64,000 nt of DNA from the NCBI GenBank assembly GCA_046351515.1, contig JAXLYJ010000005.1, positions 370,892 through 434,891 of the forward strand, in the 5' to 3' direction. Below the pieces are notes generated by a model that was given only the letters and a program-made list of their open reading frames with translations, had not been told where the DNA came from and searched no databases. This DNA comes from Polyangiales bacterium. Lineage in GTDB: Bacteria > Myxococcota_A > Polyangia > Polyangiales > Ga0077539. The position numbers and the translations under genes are program-made. This document shows, in pieces, positions 47,794 through 60,651 of this stretch (positions are counted from its first letter, which is position 1; each line of letters begins with the position of its first letter).

Positions 47794-50700
47794 ATGGAGC
47801 GACGCAGCGTCTCTCTAGACCCAGCGTGGTCGGTCACGTTTTCCCCGCTCAGAGTGTGCGGTGACCGATGGGATCCAGAGCCCTACTGCGTCGTGGCGTT
47901 GTGTCCCGTCGACGCATGGAGTGCAGTGTTGACTACGGAAGCTGCGGTGGATGTGCAGAGCCCTGTCATTCAGGCGGTGGCTCGACTCAGTGATCGCGCG
48001 TTGGCCCGCCTGGTGGGCGCGAACGCGTACCTTCGGGGCCGGGTGTACGCGAGGCAAGCTTGCGTTCACGCGCTCGCGGTCGCGGGCAGTGAAGCCTCCG
48101 GTCGCGTTCATGGCCGCGCGAGCGACCCTTACGACGTGAAGGTCAACCTCTCGGACGAGGGCGGCTTGACCAGCCAGTGCTCGTGTCCCGCGTGGCGCGG
48201 ACCGGACCGGCACTGCAAGCACGTCGCTGCGTTGCTCGTGGCGTTGCGCGACAAAGTCCGCCCGCCGCGATCACAGCAGCAAGGGGAGGGTGGGGAGAGA
48301 GACTCGAGCGCGCCGCCCGCGCCCAACGCGACGCCCAACGCAGCGAGCAACAACAACGCTGGCAGCGCGAACAACGCTCTCAGGCCGCCCAAGCCCAAGG
48401 ACGGCGGTCGCGAGCGTGAGCGCGAGCGAGAGCGAGACCGAGATCGCCACGATCGCCGCGACGCGAAGAACCCGCGACGGCGCGATGACACGGGCTCTGC
48501 GCGCGAAGTGGTCGTGATGGATCGATCGGGCCCTCGCGTGGTGTCCGCCGGGGAATGTCCACGGTGCAGTCGGTCTCGGCGTCCGCGAGCGCGAGCAACG
48601 AGCAGCCCAAGGGGTTTGCGGCGTGGGTTCCGTCGAACGAGCCGAGAAAGGCGCCGGAGATCGAGTACCGCGTGCACGTGCGGTCCAACTCGCTCGCGAT
48701 CACGCCGTACCTCGCTGAGTCGCGCACGGCCGTCGCGCCGTCGGACGCGCTCGATCAGCTCGGCGCGCTCCCGAGCGTGCATCGTCCGATCCTTCGCTTG
48801 CTCGCGCGGTTGCACCCCAAGGGTGCCCGAGGAGCGCAGGTCGAGGCGCGCAACGAAGACGCTGCTGAGCTGGTCGCGCGGCTGCGCGGGCGGCGCGTGC
48901 TGGTCGAGCCGATGCTCATGGAGCTCCGGTACCTCGACGAGCCGCTCGTCCCGAAGATCGAGCTCGAGATGGTCCCGCCGTCGCACGTGCGCGTGCGTGT
49001 TGTGTTCGAGCGCAAGTCCGGCGATGCGCGGCGATTCAACCTCAATCAGGGCCTGTGGCTCGAAGGCGATCCGGGCTGGCACCTGGACCCGATTCAAGGC
49101 GTCGCGCGGCCGCTCGCGGATCACGTCACGTCCACGTGGCTCGAGCGTCTGCTCAAGACGCCGGCGGTCACTCACCCCACGAGCGACGTCGCGCGGTTGC
49201 TGAGCGAACACCTGCCCAAGGTCTCGCTCGCGCTCAACGCTCCGCTGCCGGACATTCGCGCGATCGTCGACGAGATCGACGTCGCGCCGAAGTTCGTGAT
49301 GCGCGCGGCGGGTGACCTCACGCGCGTGGTCGGAACGCTCGATGTGAAGTACGGCGAGCACGAGTTTCAGGTGCCGCCGGTCGAGCTTCCTCCGCCGCTC
49401 GTCATCTTGGAGAGCGCGGGCGTGCGGCCCAAGTGCCTGCGTCGAGACGTGGGCGCTGAGCGCCTCGCGGTGAACATGCTGCTCGATGGCGGGCTCGAAG
49501 TGACCGATGATTTCCGTGCGTTTCAAGCGACGGAAGACCGCGCGGTGAAGTTCTGGAGCGAGTGCGTCCCGTCGCTGCCGCGCGAGTGGGAGAAGTACGT
49601 CCCCGAGCACATGGCGAACGTGAAGGTTCGCAGCGCTCCCCTGACGCCGCGCGCGCGTCTCGTCCGGTGTGGATTGGCTCTCGGTCGACGTCGAGTTCGG
49701 CTCGGAGGGCAGCAAGGCGGCGGAAGAAGACCTGCGCCGCGCCCTCGAAATGGGCCACAAGCTCGTCCGCCTCGAAGACGGAACGTACGCGCGCATCGAA
49801 GGCCTCCAAGTCGCCGAGGTGCTCTCTCGCCTGCAAGAGATCTATCAAAACGGCAAGGGGCAGCTCCCGCTCTCGCAAGCAGGGCGCGTGCAGGACCTGC
49901 TCTCGCAGCTCGGGCAGCGCGCGGACGTCGGCAAGAGCACGAAGGACTTCTTCGCGGCGCTCGGCGAGCACAAGGTCGAGTCCATCGATCCGCCGAAGGA
50001 CCTCGACGCGACGATGCGCCCCTACCAGCAAGAGGGCTTCTCGTGGCTCGCGTACCTGTACCGCACAGGGACTGGCGGAATCCTCGCGGACGACATGGGT
50101 CTCGGAAAGACCCTGCAAGCCATCGCGCTGCTCTTGTGGGTCAAGCGCTTGAGCGAGCCGTTCGTCGAGGCCGACGAAGCGCCGCGCACCAAGGCGAAGA
50201 AGGGCGCGAAGAAGGCCGCCGCTGCGAAGGAAGCGTCCGTCGACGACGACGAAGAAGAGAGCGCGGCGACGAAGAAGGGCGCGAAGAAGGGCGCGAAGAA
50301 GGCTGCGAAGAAGGGCGAAGAGTCCAGCGCTGGCCCGGTGATGGGACCGATGGCGAAGCCGCTCGAGCAGGGCGGTCCGCTGGCGTTGGTCGTGGCGCCG
50401 ACGTCGGTGGTTCCGAACTGGGTGCGCGAGGTGCAGAAGTTTGCGCCCGCGCTGCGAGCGATCGCGTGGACGGGCTCGGATCGCGCTCAGTACAAGAGCG
50501 AGATCGAGCGCGCGGACGTGGTCGTGACGTCCTACGCGCTGCTGCGTCGCGACGAGGAGTTTCTCTCGTCGATCGACTGGGGCTACGTGATCCTCGACGA
50601 AGCGCAGTCGATCAAGAACCCGACCTCGGCCACCGCGCGCGCCGCGAAGAACCTCAAGGGCAAGCGTCGCCTGGCCCTCACGGGAACGCCGATCGAGAAC

Positions 50701-51627
50701 CGCCTGAGCGAGATCTGGTCGATCTTCGACTTCGTCTCTCCGGGCCTTCTGCCGGCGCTCGCGCAGTTCGAAGAGCGCTACGCCAGGCCCATCGATCGCG
50801 GCGACGAGGACGCGGCGCGCAGGCTCCGCTCGACGATTCACCCGTTCGTCCTGCGTCGCACGAAGAACGAAGTGGCCCAGGATCTCCCTGAGAAGATCGT
50901 CACCGAGCGGCTGTGCGAAATGCCGCCAGAGCAGCTCGCTGTGTACAAGACCGTGCTCAAGAGCGTGCGCGACACGATCATGGGCGAGGTCGAAGCGAAC
51001 GGACTGGCGCGCTCGCAGCTGCAGATCCTGGCGGGCCTCACGCGACTGCGTCAGGCCGCGTGCGACCCGCGGTTGCTCGGGATCACAGGCCCGTTCAGCG
51101 ACGAGACCTCGGGCAAGCTGTTGGCGTTGCGCGAGCTGATCAGCGAGGCGCAGCAAGGCGGGCACCGGACGCTGGTGTTCTCGCAGTTCGTCTCGATGCT
51201 GCAGCTCATCAAGACCGCGCTCGATCAGGACGGCGTCACGTACGAGTACATCGACGGCGACACGAAGGACCGTCAGTCGCGCGTCGATCGCTTCAACAAG
51301 GACGAGAAGGTCTCCGTCTTCTTGATCTCGCTGAAGGCCGGCGGAACGGGCTTGAACCTCACCGGCGCCGACACCGTCGTGCACTTCGATCCCTGGTGGA
51401 ACCCCGCGGTCGAAGATCAAGCGACGGATCGCGCGCACCGCATCGGGCAGACCAAGGTCGTCACGGCGTATCGCTTCGTCGCCCGCGGGACGATCGAAGA
51501 GAAGATCCTCGAGCTCAGCGCCAAGAAGCGCGAGCTGGTCGAGAACGTGCTCGGACAAGAGCAAGACGAGAAGGTCTCGGGCGTGCTCACGCGCGCCGAG
51601 CTCGATCGACTGTTCAGCGACGAGTGA
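47794..51627 (+). CDS. SWIM zinc finger / SNF2-family helicase, about 1,260 aa, currently split over three frames (47794-~48500, 48555-~49650, 49669-51627)
   Basis: N-terminal CSCPAWRGPDRHCKHVAALLV SWIM finger. C-terminal SNF2 motifs LADDMGLGKT, DEAQSIKN, LALTGTPIEN, helicase-C (LVFSQF...DRFNKDEKVSVFLISLKAGGTGLNLTGADTVVHFDPWWNPAVEDQATDRAHRIGQ). Lys/Ala-rich insert at 50150-50340. Two apparent indels join the three pieces. Confidence 0.7.
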
Positions 51628-51786
51628 CGTTCACGCGCGGCGCGGGGGCGTCGCGCGTCGCGTTCGAGCGCGTATCGCGAGAGAGTCGAGCGTCAGCGCC
51701 GCGGGGAGGGGCGCTGTGGAGCTTCGACGACGCGCGGCACGCTGTGCGATTCGATCAGCGATTTTACTGACCGAATCGCGATGACC

Positions 51787-53598
<1,812 letters not shown>

Positions 53599-53659
53599 AG
53601 GTCCGAGCCTCCTCCACGTTGCTATTGTCGGCGTCGCTGCTCCGCGGCGCGCCACGCGG

Positions 53660-53689
53660 CGATGCACTCTGCATCGCGCGTGACGTCAC
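53660..53689. promoter_or_regulatory. Two adjacent palindromes (CGATGCA-ctc-TGCATCG and GTGACGTCAC) in the fadD-like gene's 5' region; candidate operator
   Basis: Perfect 7-bp-arm hairpin at 53660-53676 and a perfect 10-bp palindrome at 53680-53689, 60-90 nt upstream of the start codon. Confidence 0.3.
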
Positions 53690-53791
53690 GTGACCGTTGA
53701 GCGCCGAAGCCGCTATAGGGGAGGCGAAAGGTAGTCGATTTCGTTGCGGCTCGGTGCGACGAACTGCGCGAAATTCCCCACGCTTGTTCGC

Positions 53792-54817
53792 TCAGCTCTT
53801 GTGCTCGTTTCCGTCCGGGTCGAGCACCCGTTCGAGCACGCCCGCGGTGATCTTCACCACAGGAACCACCGCCCCGTAATCGATCCGCGTCGGCCCGATC
53901 ACGCCGATCGCTCCCCCTGCGACCGGCGCGGCGACCATCGTGAGCGCGCCCGCTCCCGTGACCTCGTCCTCGGCGCCGATCAGCACATGAATGCCCGGCG
54001 CCGCCATCGCTCGATCGATCAGCTGCACGAGCAGCGCCTTGTCTTCGAGCGTCTTGAGCGCGCTTCGAGCCCGGTCGATGTCCGCGAACTCCGGTCGTTG
54101 AATCAACTGCGCCGCGCCTTCGACCAGCAGCTCGACCGGCTGTTCGGCGGTCGAGAGCGCGCGCTCAGCCAGGGTGAGCGCCAGCCGCAGCCGCGCGTCG
54201 GCCTGCGCTCGCTCGGTCTCGAGCTCGTGCCCGAGCAGCGTTCGCACCTGGGCGAGCGTGCGCCCCGCGACGATCTGCGTGAGCATGTTGTTCATGCGCT
54301 CGAGCTCTGGCGGGTGAATGGGCTGCTCCGAGCGCAGGACGCGGTTCTGCACGGTGCCGTCGCTGCCCACGAGCACCGCGAGCACTTCGTTCGCGCGGAG
54401 CTGAATGAACCGGAGCTCTCGAAGCGTGCGGTCCGTCGACGGAGAGGCCATCACGATGGACGCCACGCCCGAGACGTCCGCGAGCAGCTTGCTCGTCGCC
54501 TTCAACGCCGCCTCGGGGCCGGGGTCGATCTCGCGAAACCTCGCCTCGATGTTGCTGCGAAGATCCGCGGGCAGCTCGATCGTGGCGAGCAGCGCGTCGA
54601 CGAACACACGCAGCGCGCGCTCGGTCGGGATTCGGCCCGCGCTCGTGTGCGGTTTGTGCAGCAATCCCTGCCCTTCGAGCTCGGCGAGGACCGCGCGAAT
54701 GGACGCGCTCGAGAGCTCCATCTCCCGCGCGAGCGCGCTCGACGCGACGGGCTCACCGCTGGCGATGTACTCCGAGACGAGCGCGAACAGGATGCGACGG
54801 CCACGAGGCGAAAGCAT
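53792..54817 (-). CDS. hrcA: Heat-inducible transcription repressor HrcA
   Basis: Start ATG at 54815-54817 (MLSPRGRRILFALVSEYIASGEPVAS...). Winged-helix N-terminus and full-length HrcA similarity (342 aa). Confidence 0.85.
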   Translation of the reverse strand: MLSPRGRRILFALVSEYIASGEPVASSALAREMELSSASIRAVLAELEGQGLLHKPHTSAGRIPTERALRVFVDALLATIELPADLRSNIEARFREIDPGPEAALKATSKLLADVSGVASIVMASPSTDRTLRELRFIQLRANEVLAVLVGSDGTVQNRVLRSEQPIHPPELERMNNMLTQIVAGRTLAQVRTLLGHELETERAQADARLRLALTLAERALSTAEQPVELLVEGAAQLIQRPEFADIDRARSALKTLEDKALLVQLIDRAMAAPGIHVLIGAEDEVTGAGALTMVAAPVAGGAIGVIGPTRIDYGAVVPVVKITAGVLERVLDPDGNEHKS

Positions 54818-54978
54818 GGATCCGACCTGCGAAGGGTAGTGAGCCAGCCGAGGCCCGGTCAAACGCCGCGTGCGGTCCGCGCCGAACAGCCGCGGCTCGA
54901 AGAGGGTTGAGCCGCGAAATGTGCGCGTGATACGGTCCCGCCCGCGCGAACGTTTTTCGTCGCGGAGGCACACACACG

Positions 54979-55653
54979 ATGCGGACTACATGGCTCGCCC
55001 TCTCGGGACTGATCGCAGGCACGGCGCTCGCCGTGGCGTGCGGCGGCGAGAGCAAGCTCAACATCACCGTCGAAGAGGGAGCGAACGCTCGCCGAGCGAA
55101 TCTCCCCGCCGTTCCAACGTTGCCGCCTCCGCCTCCGGCGCATCCGTCGGGCTCCAATGACATCTTTACGGTGTACGGAGTGCGTCACTTCGCGGCGAAG
55201 AACTGGACCAAGAGCGTCCAGGTGCGCGGCTTCATCGTGAAGGTGCACGAAGAGTTCGTCCCCAACTCGAACCCGCAGCGACTCTGCCTCGAGCGCGACC
55301 ACTGCAACGAAGAGCGCCCGCACGTGTATCTCGCGGACAACGCGAACGAGCAGGACCAGGAGAAGTGGATCCAGGTCACGGGCTACGCGCAGTTTCAGTA
55401 CGAAGTGCTCGACGCGCAGCGCGCCGCTCGCAGCGGTCGCCCGCCGGCGCCGCAACCGGGAGCGCAGCTCGGCGCGATGGCCCCGCCGCAAATCCCCACG
55501 GATTTCTACCGTGGGGCGCAGGTCACCGTGACGGGTGAGTTCACCCGTCGCGCGGCCAACGGACAGGCCGACTCGCGCGGGTTGATCAACTACCGCAGCC
55601 ACACGACGGACACGCCCTCGCCGGACGACCCCGCCGCGCGTCGTCCTCGCTGA
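54979..55653 (+). CDS. Hypothetical lipoprotein
   Basis: MRTTWLALSGLIAGTALAVAC lipobox; 224 aa; Pro-rich linker. Confidence 0.5.
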   Translation: MRTTWLALSGLIAGTALAVACGGESKLNITVEEGANARRANLPAVPTLPPPPPAHPSGSNDIFTVYGVRHFAAKNWTKSVQVRGFIVKVHEEFVPNSNPQRLCLERDHCNEERPHVYLADNANEQDQEKWIQVTGYAQFQYEVLDAQRAARSGRPPAPQPGAQLGAMAPPQIPTDFYRGAQVTVTGEFTRRAANGQADSRGLINYRSHTTDTPSPDDPAARRPR

Positions 55654-55660
55654 ACGAGAT

Positions 55661-56923
55661 TCAGCGCAGCGAGAGCGCGACGACCAGCGCGACGCCGACC
55701 AAGAGCACGCCTCCGATCACCCATGCGGTCGAACGGTTGCTCGTCGGCGAAGCGACCTCGGACGACGCCTGTGACGCCGGCTCGATCGGCAGGATCGACG
55801 AGGCCGCCACTCTCGCGACGGGAACCTTCTTCGTCGGGTCGTCGCGATGCGCGTCGGCCACGTTCGTCGGCGGCTCACTCGGCGTGAGATCGAGCTGCGC
55901 CGGCCGCGCGTCCTCGGGCGGCGTCACGTTCGCAGGGGCGGGAATCGACGCTGCGCTCTCGCGGATCAACGCGACCGCGACCTGCCGTGGCATGTCCTCG
56001 GTGGGCGCGATCGACGCAGGCACGGTCTTTCGCTCTCCCGTCGCGACCCACGGAATCACCTCGGCGCTCGCGAACGGCTCGAGCGCGTCGCACAGCGCGT
56101 CCATCGACGGCCACCGCGTCTCGGGCGAGATCGACATCGCGCGGGCGATGCACGCTGCGAGCTCTGGCGACACCGACGGGACCAGCTCGCGAATGTCCGT
56201 CGGAGTCGTCGTGGCCTTCGCCAGCGCGAGTGACGTGAGCGACTTCGCGGTGAACGGCGCGGCGCGCGAGATGCACTCGTACAACACGCAGCCGAAGGCG
56301 TATTGATCCGCCTCGGGGCCGACGTCCTTCGACGCGCCGATTTGCTCGGGCGCCATGTACATCGGCGTTCCGAGGGTGGCGCCGGTTCGCGTGAGGCGCT
56401 CGCGCGACGAGCGAAACTTCGCGACGCCGAAGTCCAAGAGCTTCGGCGTGGGCTCGGCCATCCCTTCTTCGCGCGCGATCACGATGTTCTCGGGCTTCAC
56501 GTCGCGGTGGACAAACCCGCGCTGATGCGCGAACGCCAGCGCCCTGCCGATCGGAAGCAGCGCTCGCACGATGGTGCCCACGCTCGCCTCGGGCAGCGCC
56601 GAGCGCCACTCGCGAAGCGTGGTTCCGTCGAGGTACTCCATCACGAGATACGTGCGACCCGCGTCCGTGCCGTAGTCGCTGACCTCGACGATGTTGCGAT
56701 GACGCGCCTCGTTGACCGCGCGCGCCTCGTTGAGAAACCGCGCGCTGCCCTCGGAGTCGAGCGTCTCTGGGTGCAAGACCTTCAGCGCGACGCGCCGGTT
56801 GATGTCCACGTGCGTGGCTTCGAACACCGCGCCCATCCCTCCTTCAGCGATCAACCGCTGAACGAGGTATTTGCCGCCAATGGTGCGGCCGATCAATTCA
56901 AGGTGCGCAGGCTCGGATGGCAC
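55661..56923 (-). CDS. Ser/Thr protein kinase with C-terminal TM anchor
   Basis: GEGGMGAVF, ALK, HRDVKPENI, DFG, APE motifs; C-terminal TM AWVIGGVLLVGVALVVALSL; intact. Confidence 0.8.
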   Translation of the reverse strand: MPSEPAHLELIGRTIGGKYLVQRLIAEGGMGAVFEATHVDINRRVALKVLHPETLDSEGSARFLNEARAVNEARHRNIVEVSDYGTDAGRTYLVMEYLDGTTLREWRSALPEASVGTIVRALLPIGRALAFAHQRGFVHRDVKPENIVIAREEGMAEPTPKLLDFGVAKFRSSRERLTRTGATLGTPMYMAPEQIGASKDVGPEADQYAFGCVLYECISRAAPFTAKSLTSLALAKATTTPTDIRELVPSVSPELAACIARAMSISPETRWPSMDALCDALEPFASAEVIPWVATGERKTVPASIAPTEDMPRQVAVALIRESAASIPAPANVTPPEDARPAQLDLTPSEPPTNVADAHRDDPTKKVPVARVAASSILPIEPASQASSEVASPTSNRSTAWVIGGVLLVGVALVVALSLR

Positions 56924-59074
56924 GCGAGACCTCCTCGGAGACGCTCATGGTCGCGTCCGTGTCGTCGACGCGAGCGTAGACCCCAGAGGGTGTGCCTGCG
57001 AACTCCCTTCCGAGCGTGAGCCGCACGATTCGTGTCGCCGCGTCGCCTTCGCTCAGCGAGAGCGCGACCGACGCTTCGCCGAGCGCGGCGTTCGCGGCGC
57101 TTGGTCCATAGCCAAACACTCTTGGCGCTCGCACGGATGAGAGCGTCTCGAGCATGGCCTCGACTCGCGAACGATCGAAGCTCGCGCCGCCTTCGACGCG
57201 CCATCCGCTCGCCTCGCGACGCAGGACGAACCGCGGTTGCCCGCGCTGTTGGCACTCGATGCGCTGCACGGCGCTTCGGTCGAACGCGAGCACCTCGCGA
57301 TCCACGTGCGGCTGCAAGAGCTCGTCGAGCGCGGACTGCCCGAGCACGAACACGCCGTCGCGATCGACGATGCGCGCGTACGCCCCTCCGCCGGCGATGG
57401 CCGCGCCGATCGCGATTTGGTACTCGCGCACGCGCGGGCCGCCGTCGGCGCCGGCGTCAGCGTTGGGCGCGCCTTCTCCTCGAAGCGCGCGATCAACCGC
57501 GCGCGCGGACGGTCGAGTCCGTGCTCGGGCCGCGGCGAGAGCGAGACCCAGCGTTGCGCGTCGAGCGAGGCGAGGCGCTCGGAGATCGTGCGCATCACCA
57601 CCGGATCTGCGTCGCCGCTCGAGGGGTGGATGAGCGACCAACGTCCGGCGTCTCGGCTCACTTCGTCGCGAAAATCACTGCTCTCGGTGACGAGCGCGCG
57701 CAGCTCGTCGGGCACGTCACGGATGACCGCCTGCGAGCGAAAGCGCGCGGCGTCGACGAAGAGGGTCGTCTCTGCGGCGGTCGACATCGCCAGGATCGAT
57801 CGCTCGCCTTCTCGACGAACGTACACGTGGTCGGCGTCGCGCGCGCCGATCTCGATGCGCTCGCGTCCTTCGATTCCGGTGCGCGAGACCTCGATCCACA
57901 TCGTCGCAGGGGCGAGCGATCGGGCGGGCGCTTCGCTCTCGGGCAAGCGCGACTCGACGCGCAACGACGAGAGCGCGTCGAGCCACTGTTGAACGCTGTC
58001 GGCGTCGGCGTCGCCACGCACTCCTTCGAGCCGCCAGCTGTCGGCGTTGCGCCGCGCGGTGACCTCGCCGCTCGGCCCGTGCAAGAGCACGCGCTCGACC
58101 TCGTCCGAGCGCGCGAAGAGCACTTGATTGTCTCGCAGATCGTCGGCGGTGCGCGCGGCGTTGTCGAAGCTCGTGCGGGCGACGCACGCGATCTCGCGCG
58201 AGTCGTCGCGGCGCGCGATCACCTCGTCGGCGTGCTCGGGGCAGGGGCCTCCGTAGCGAATCACGAGCGCCGGTCGTCCGCTGCGCGTGACGGTCATCGT
58301 GGCCCGAGGCCGATCGAGGCCGAACCGCGCGAGCGCCGCGTCGTCGGCGTTGTCTTCGACGAAGCGGGTCGCGCGAAGCTCGCGCAGATCTCCGAGCAGC
58401 GCGTCGATCGCCGCGCGCCCGACGCGCTCGTTGTCCTCGAGGCGCCACACGTTGTTCTGCTTGGCGAGGACGGTGCTGCGCTCGCCCGAGCGAAGCTCGA
58501 TGCGCGTGACGCGGTCGACCTCGACCTCGACGATGTTGCGCGAGCGCAGGTCGCGGGCGCGGACGAGAAACGCGTCGGCGACCGAGCGCGCGAGCACGAA
58601 GCCTTTGCCGTCGTACTCGACGTAGACGGCGCGCTCGTCGCGGACGTCGGCGCCGATGGTGAATCGGGTGGAGACCGTCGCGTTCGACTCGCGGAGGGTG
58701 ACGCGCGCGCGCGGGGCGTCGAGGCCGAACTGATGGCGTTGCTGCGCGTCGAGGGCGCCGAGAACGCGCGTTGGCTGCGCGTATTCGGCCTCGGTGAGCA
58801 TGCGCTCGACCTCGGTGTCGTCCGCTTCGGAGGCGCGGTTGCCGCGCTCGACGAGCCAGCGCGCGCCGTCTTTGCGACAGGTGAACTGCTCGATCCCGCG
58901 GTCGACCTCGATGCGCTGAATCTGGTCTCGTCGCAGCGCAGAGAACACGCGGGCGTGTCGCTCGTCACGGACGATGTCGGGCACCTGGCGGTTGGACCAC
59001 CAGAGACCCGCCGCTCCGACGGCGACCATCACCGCGAGCACTCCTGTCGTGCGAAGCTGATTCTTCTTCGCCAT
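56898..59074 (-). CDS. DUF4340-family protein (GldG-associated); apparent frameshift near 57480-57500
   Basis: N-terminal TM anchor MAKKNQLRTTGVLAVMVAVGAAGLWW with repeated domain body in the frame of 57053..59074. The conserved C-terminal domain is in the frame of ORF 56898..57641. Confidence 0.55.
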
Positions 59075-59077
59075 CGA

Positions 59078-60649
59078 TCACTCCACGCTCTTTCGCGCGC
59101 GCAGCACCGCGACGCCCACGAGCAGCGCCGCGAGCGGAACGAACACCAACGCGTACCAACGCACCATCTTCACGCTCTCGGCCGAGACCATGAGCGCCGC
59201 TGAATTCGCAGGCTTCGGCGGAACGTCGATCAGGTCGCTGCGCTCGATGAGCCACCCGACCGAGGCCTGCAGCAGCGCCGCGTCCACGAAGCGCGCGCGC
59301 GCCCCGGTCGCCATCGACTCGTTCGTCGCGAGGTAGCTGAAGCCGAACACGACGACCCTGCCGTTCGCCGCGCGTCCCGCGCGAGCGCGCGCGTCGGGGA
59401 TGCGTGAGGCGACGGCGATGTCGACGGGCCCCGCGATGTCGCTTCCGTCGCGTCGCAGCGCCCCGTCGCGCACCGCGTCGAGCTCGCCCGTCTCGGCCCA
59501 GCTGTTGTTCGTCGTGCGAAGGATGGACTCGGGCTGCACCGAGGCGCCCGACGAGACGCGCAGCGCGCGAGAGGTGCGGACGAGCACCTCGGCGTCGATG
59601 CCGCGAAAATTGTGGGCGATCTCGTGCGAGCCGAAGTCTCCCGCGGTGAACACCATCGGAGGCAGCCCCTCGAGCAGCTTCTGCGGGTCGGCCTCGACCA
59701 CGACTGAGCTGGTCGGCTCGATGCCCGCGAGGCGCGTGACCGACTCGAGCCCCGAGGGCGCGTGGTGACGATCGACGAAGAAGGGATCGAGGAGGATGAG
59801 GAGGTTTCCGCCGGATTGTCCGTAGCGCGCGACCGCGTTGGCCTCGCCCTCGGTGAACGCCTGCCTCGGTCCCGCGATCAGCAGCGCGTCGCAGTCGGAG
59901 GGGACCGACGCTGTTCCGCGCAGCTCGACGGCGCGCGTGGTGATGTTGTCGTGCTCGAGCTCTTGCAGAAACAGCTGCATCGACTCGTCGCTGCCCTGCA
60001 TGGGCACTTCATCGTGACCGGTCGAGACGCAGAGCGTGGGGCGATCTCCGCGCTCGATCTGCACGATCGCGCTCGAGAGCGCGCGCTCGACGGTGACGCG
60101 CGCGTTGGCCAGCCGCTCGCCCGCCGTCGCGTCGCCGCCGCCCGCTCGCTGCGCGTCGCCGAGCGCCGCGAGGTCTTCGCGACGGATCTCCAAGTGTCGC
60201 TCGCCGCGGATCACGACGATGCCCGCCTCGGCGGCGATGTCGCTCTGCGAAGACCGCCCTGCGCGAAGGCCGTAGCGCTGCAGAAACGCGACGAACGCCT
60301 CGCGTTGGCGATCGGGGTCGATGGTTCGAACGGTGATCTTGTTGCTGAGCGCGCGATAGCGCTCGGCGAGCTCGACGGCGTCGCGCCACTGCGGCTCGGC
60401 GCGGCCCAGCAGGACCACGATCTCAACGGGGTCGCGCACCGAGCGGGCCACTTGCTGCGAGCGCTGCGAGAGCGTGAACAGCTTGGCTTTGGTCCAGTCG
60501 AAGCGACGGTAGTGCCGCGCGGCGAGCACGTTGATCATCGCGAAGAGCACGATCCCGAGCAGCGCCGAGGCGGGGCCGCCTGCGAGCGTCGTGAGCGTCG
60601 ACTCGAGCTTCGAGGGAGCCTTCGCGCGAGCGGTGTCCTTGTCGCTCAT
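59078..60649 (-). CDS. GldG-like ABC-type system auxiliary/substrate-binding protein
   Basis: Start ATG at 60647-60649 (MSDKDTARAK...). N-terminal TM; two conserved GldG-type domains; C-terminal TM VRWYALVFVPLAALLVGVAVL. The upstream 178 codons of ORF 59078..61183 are an Arg-rich shadow. Confidence 0.7.
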   Translation of the reverse strand: MSDKDTARAKAPSKLESTLTTLAGGPASALLGIVLFAMINVLAARHYRRFDWTKAKLFTLSQRSQQVARSVRDPVEIVVLLGRAEPQWRDAVELAERYRALSNKITVRTIDPDRQREAFVAFLQRYGLRAGRSSQSDIAAEAGIVVIRGERHLEIRREDLAALGDAQRAGGGDATAGERLANARVTVERALSSAIVQIERGDRPTLCVSTGHDEVPMQGSDESMQLFLQELEHDNITTRAVELRGTASVPSDCDALLIAGPRQAFTEGEANAVARYGQSGGNLLILLDPFFVDRHHAPSGLESVTRLAGIEPTSSVVVEADPQKLLEGLPPMVFTAGDFGSHEIAHNFRGIDAEVLVRTSRALRVSSGASVQPESILRTTNNSWAETGELDAVRDGALRRDGSDIAGPVDIAVASRIPDARARAGRAANGRVVVFGFSYLATNESMATGARARFVDAALLQASVGWLIERSDLIDVPPKPANSAALMVSAESVKMVRWYALVFVPLAALLVGVAVLRARKSVE

Positions 60650-60651
60650 GG

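Noticed and set aside
48129-51564. Two long minus-strand ORFs (555 aa and 720 aa) antisense to the SWIM-SNF2 helicase
   Set aside because: Arg-rich shadow frames. The plus strand contains all SNF2 helicase motifs.
54817-54979. CIRCE (TTAGCACTC-N9-GAGTGCTAA) operator expected upstream of hrcA
   Set aside because: Scanned the 160-bp upstream region and the fadD/hrcA gap; no CIRCE-like inverted repeat is present. hrcA here is presumably not autoregulated via a local CIRCE, or its operator lies elsewhere.
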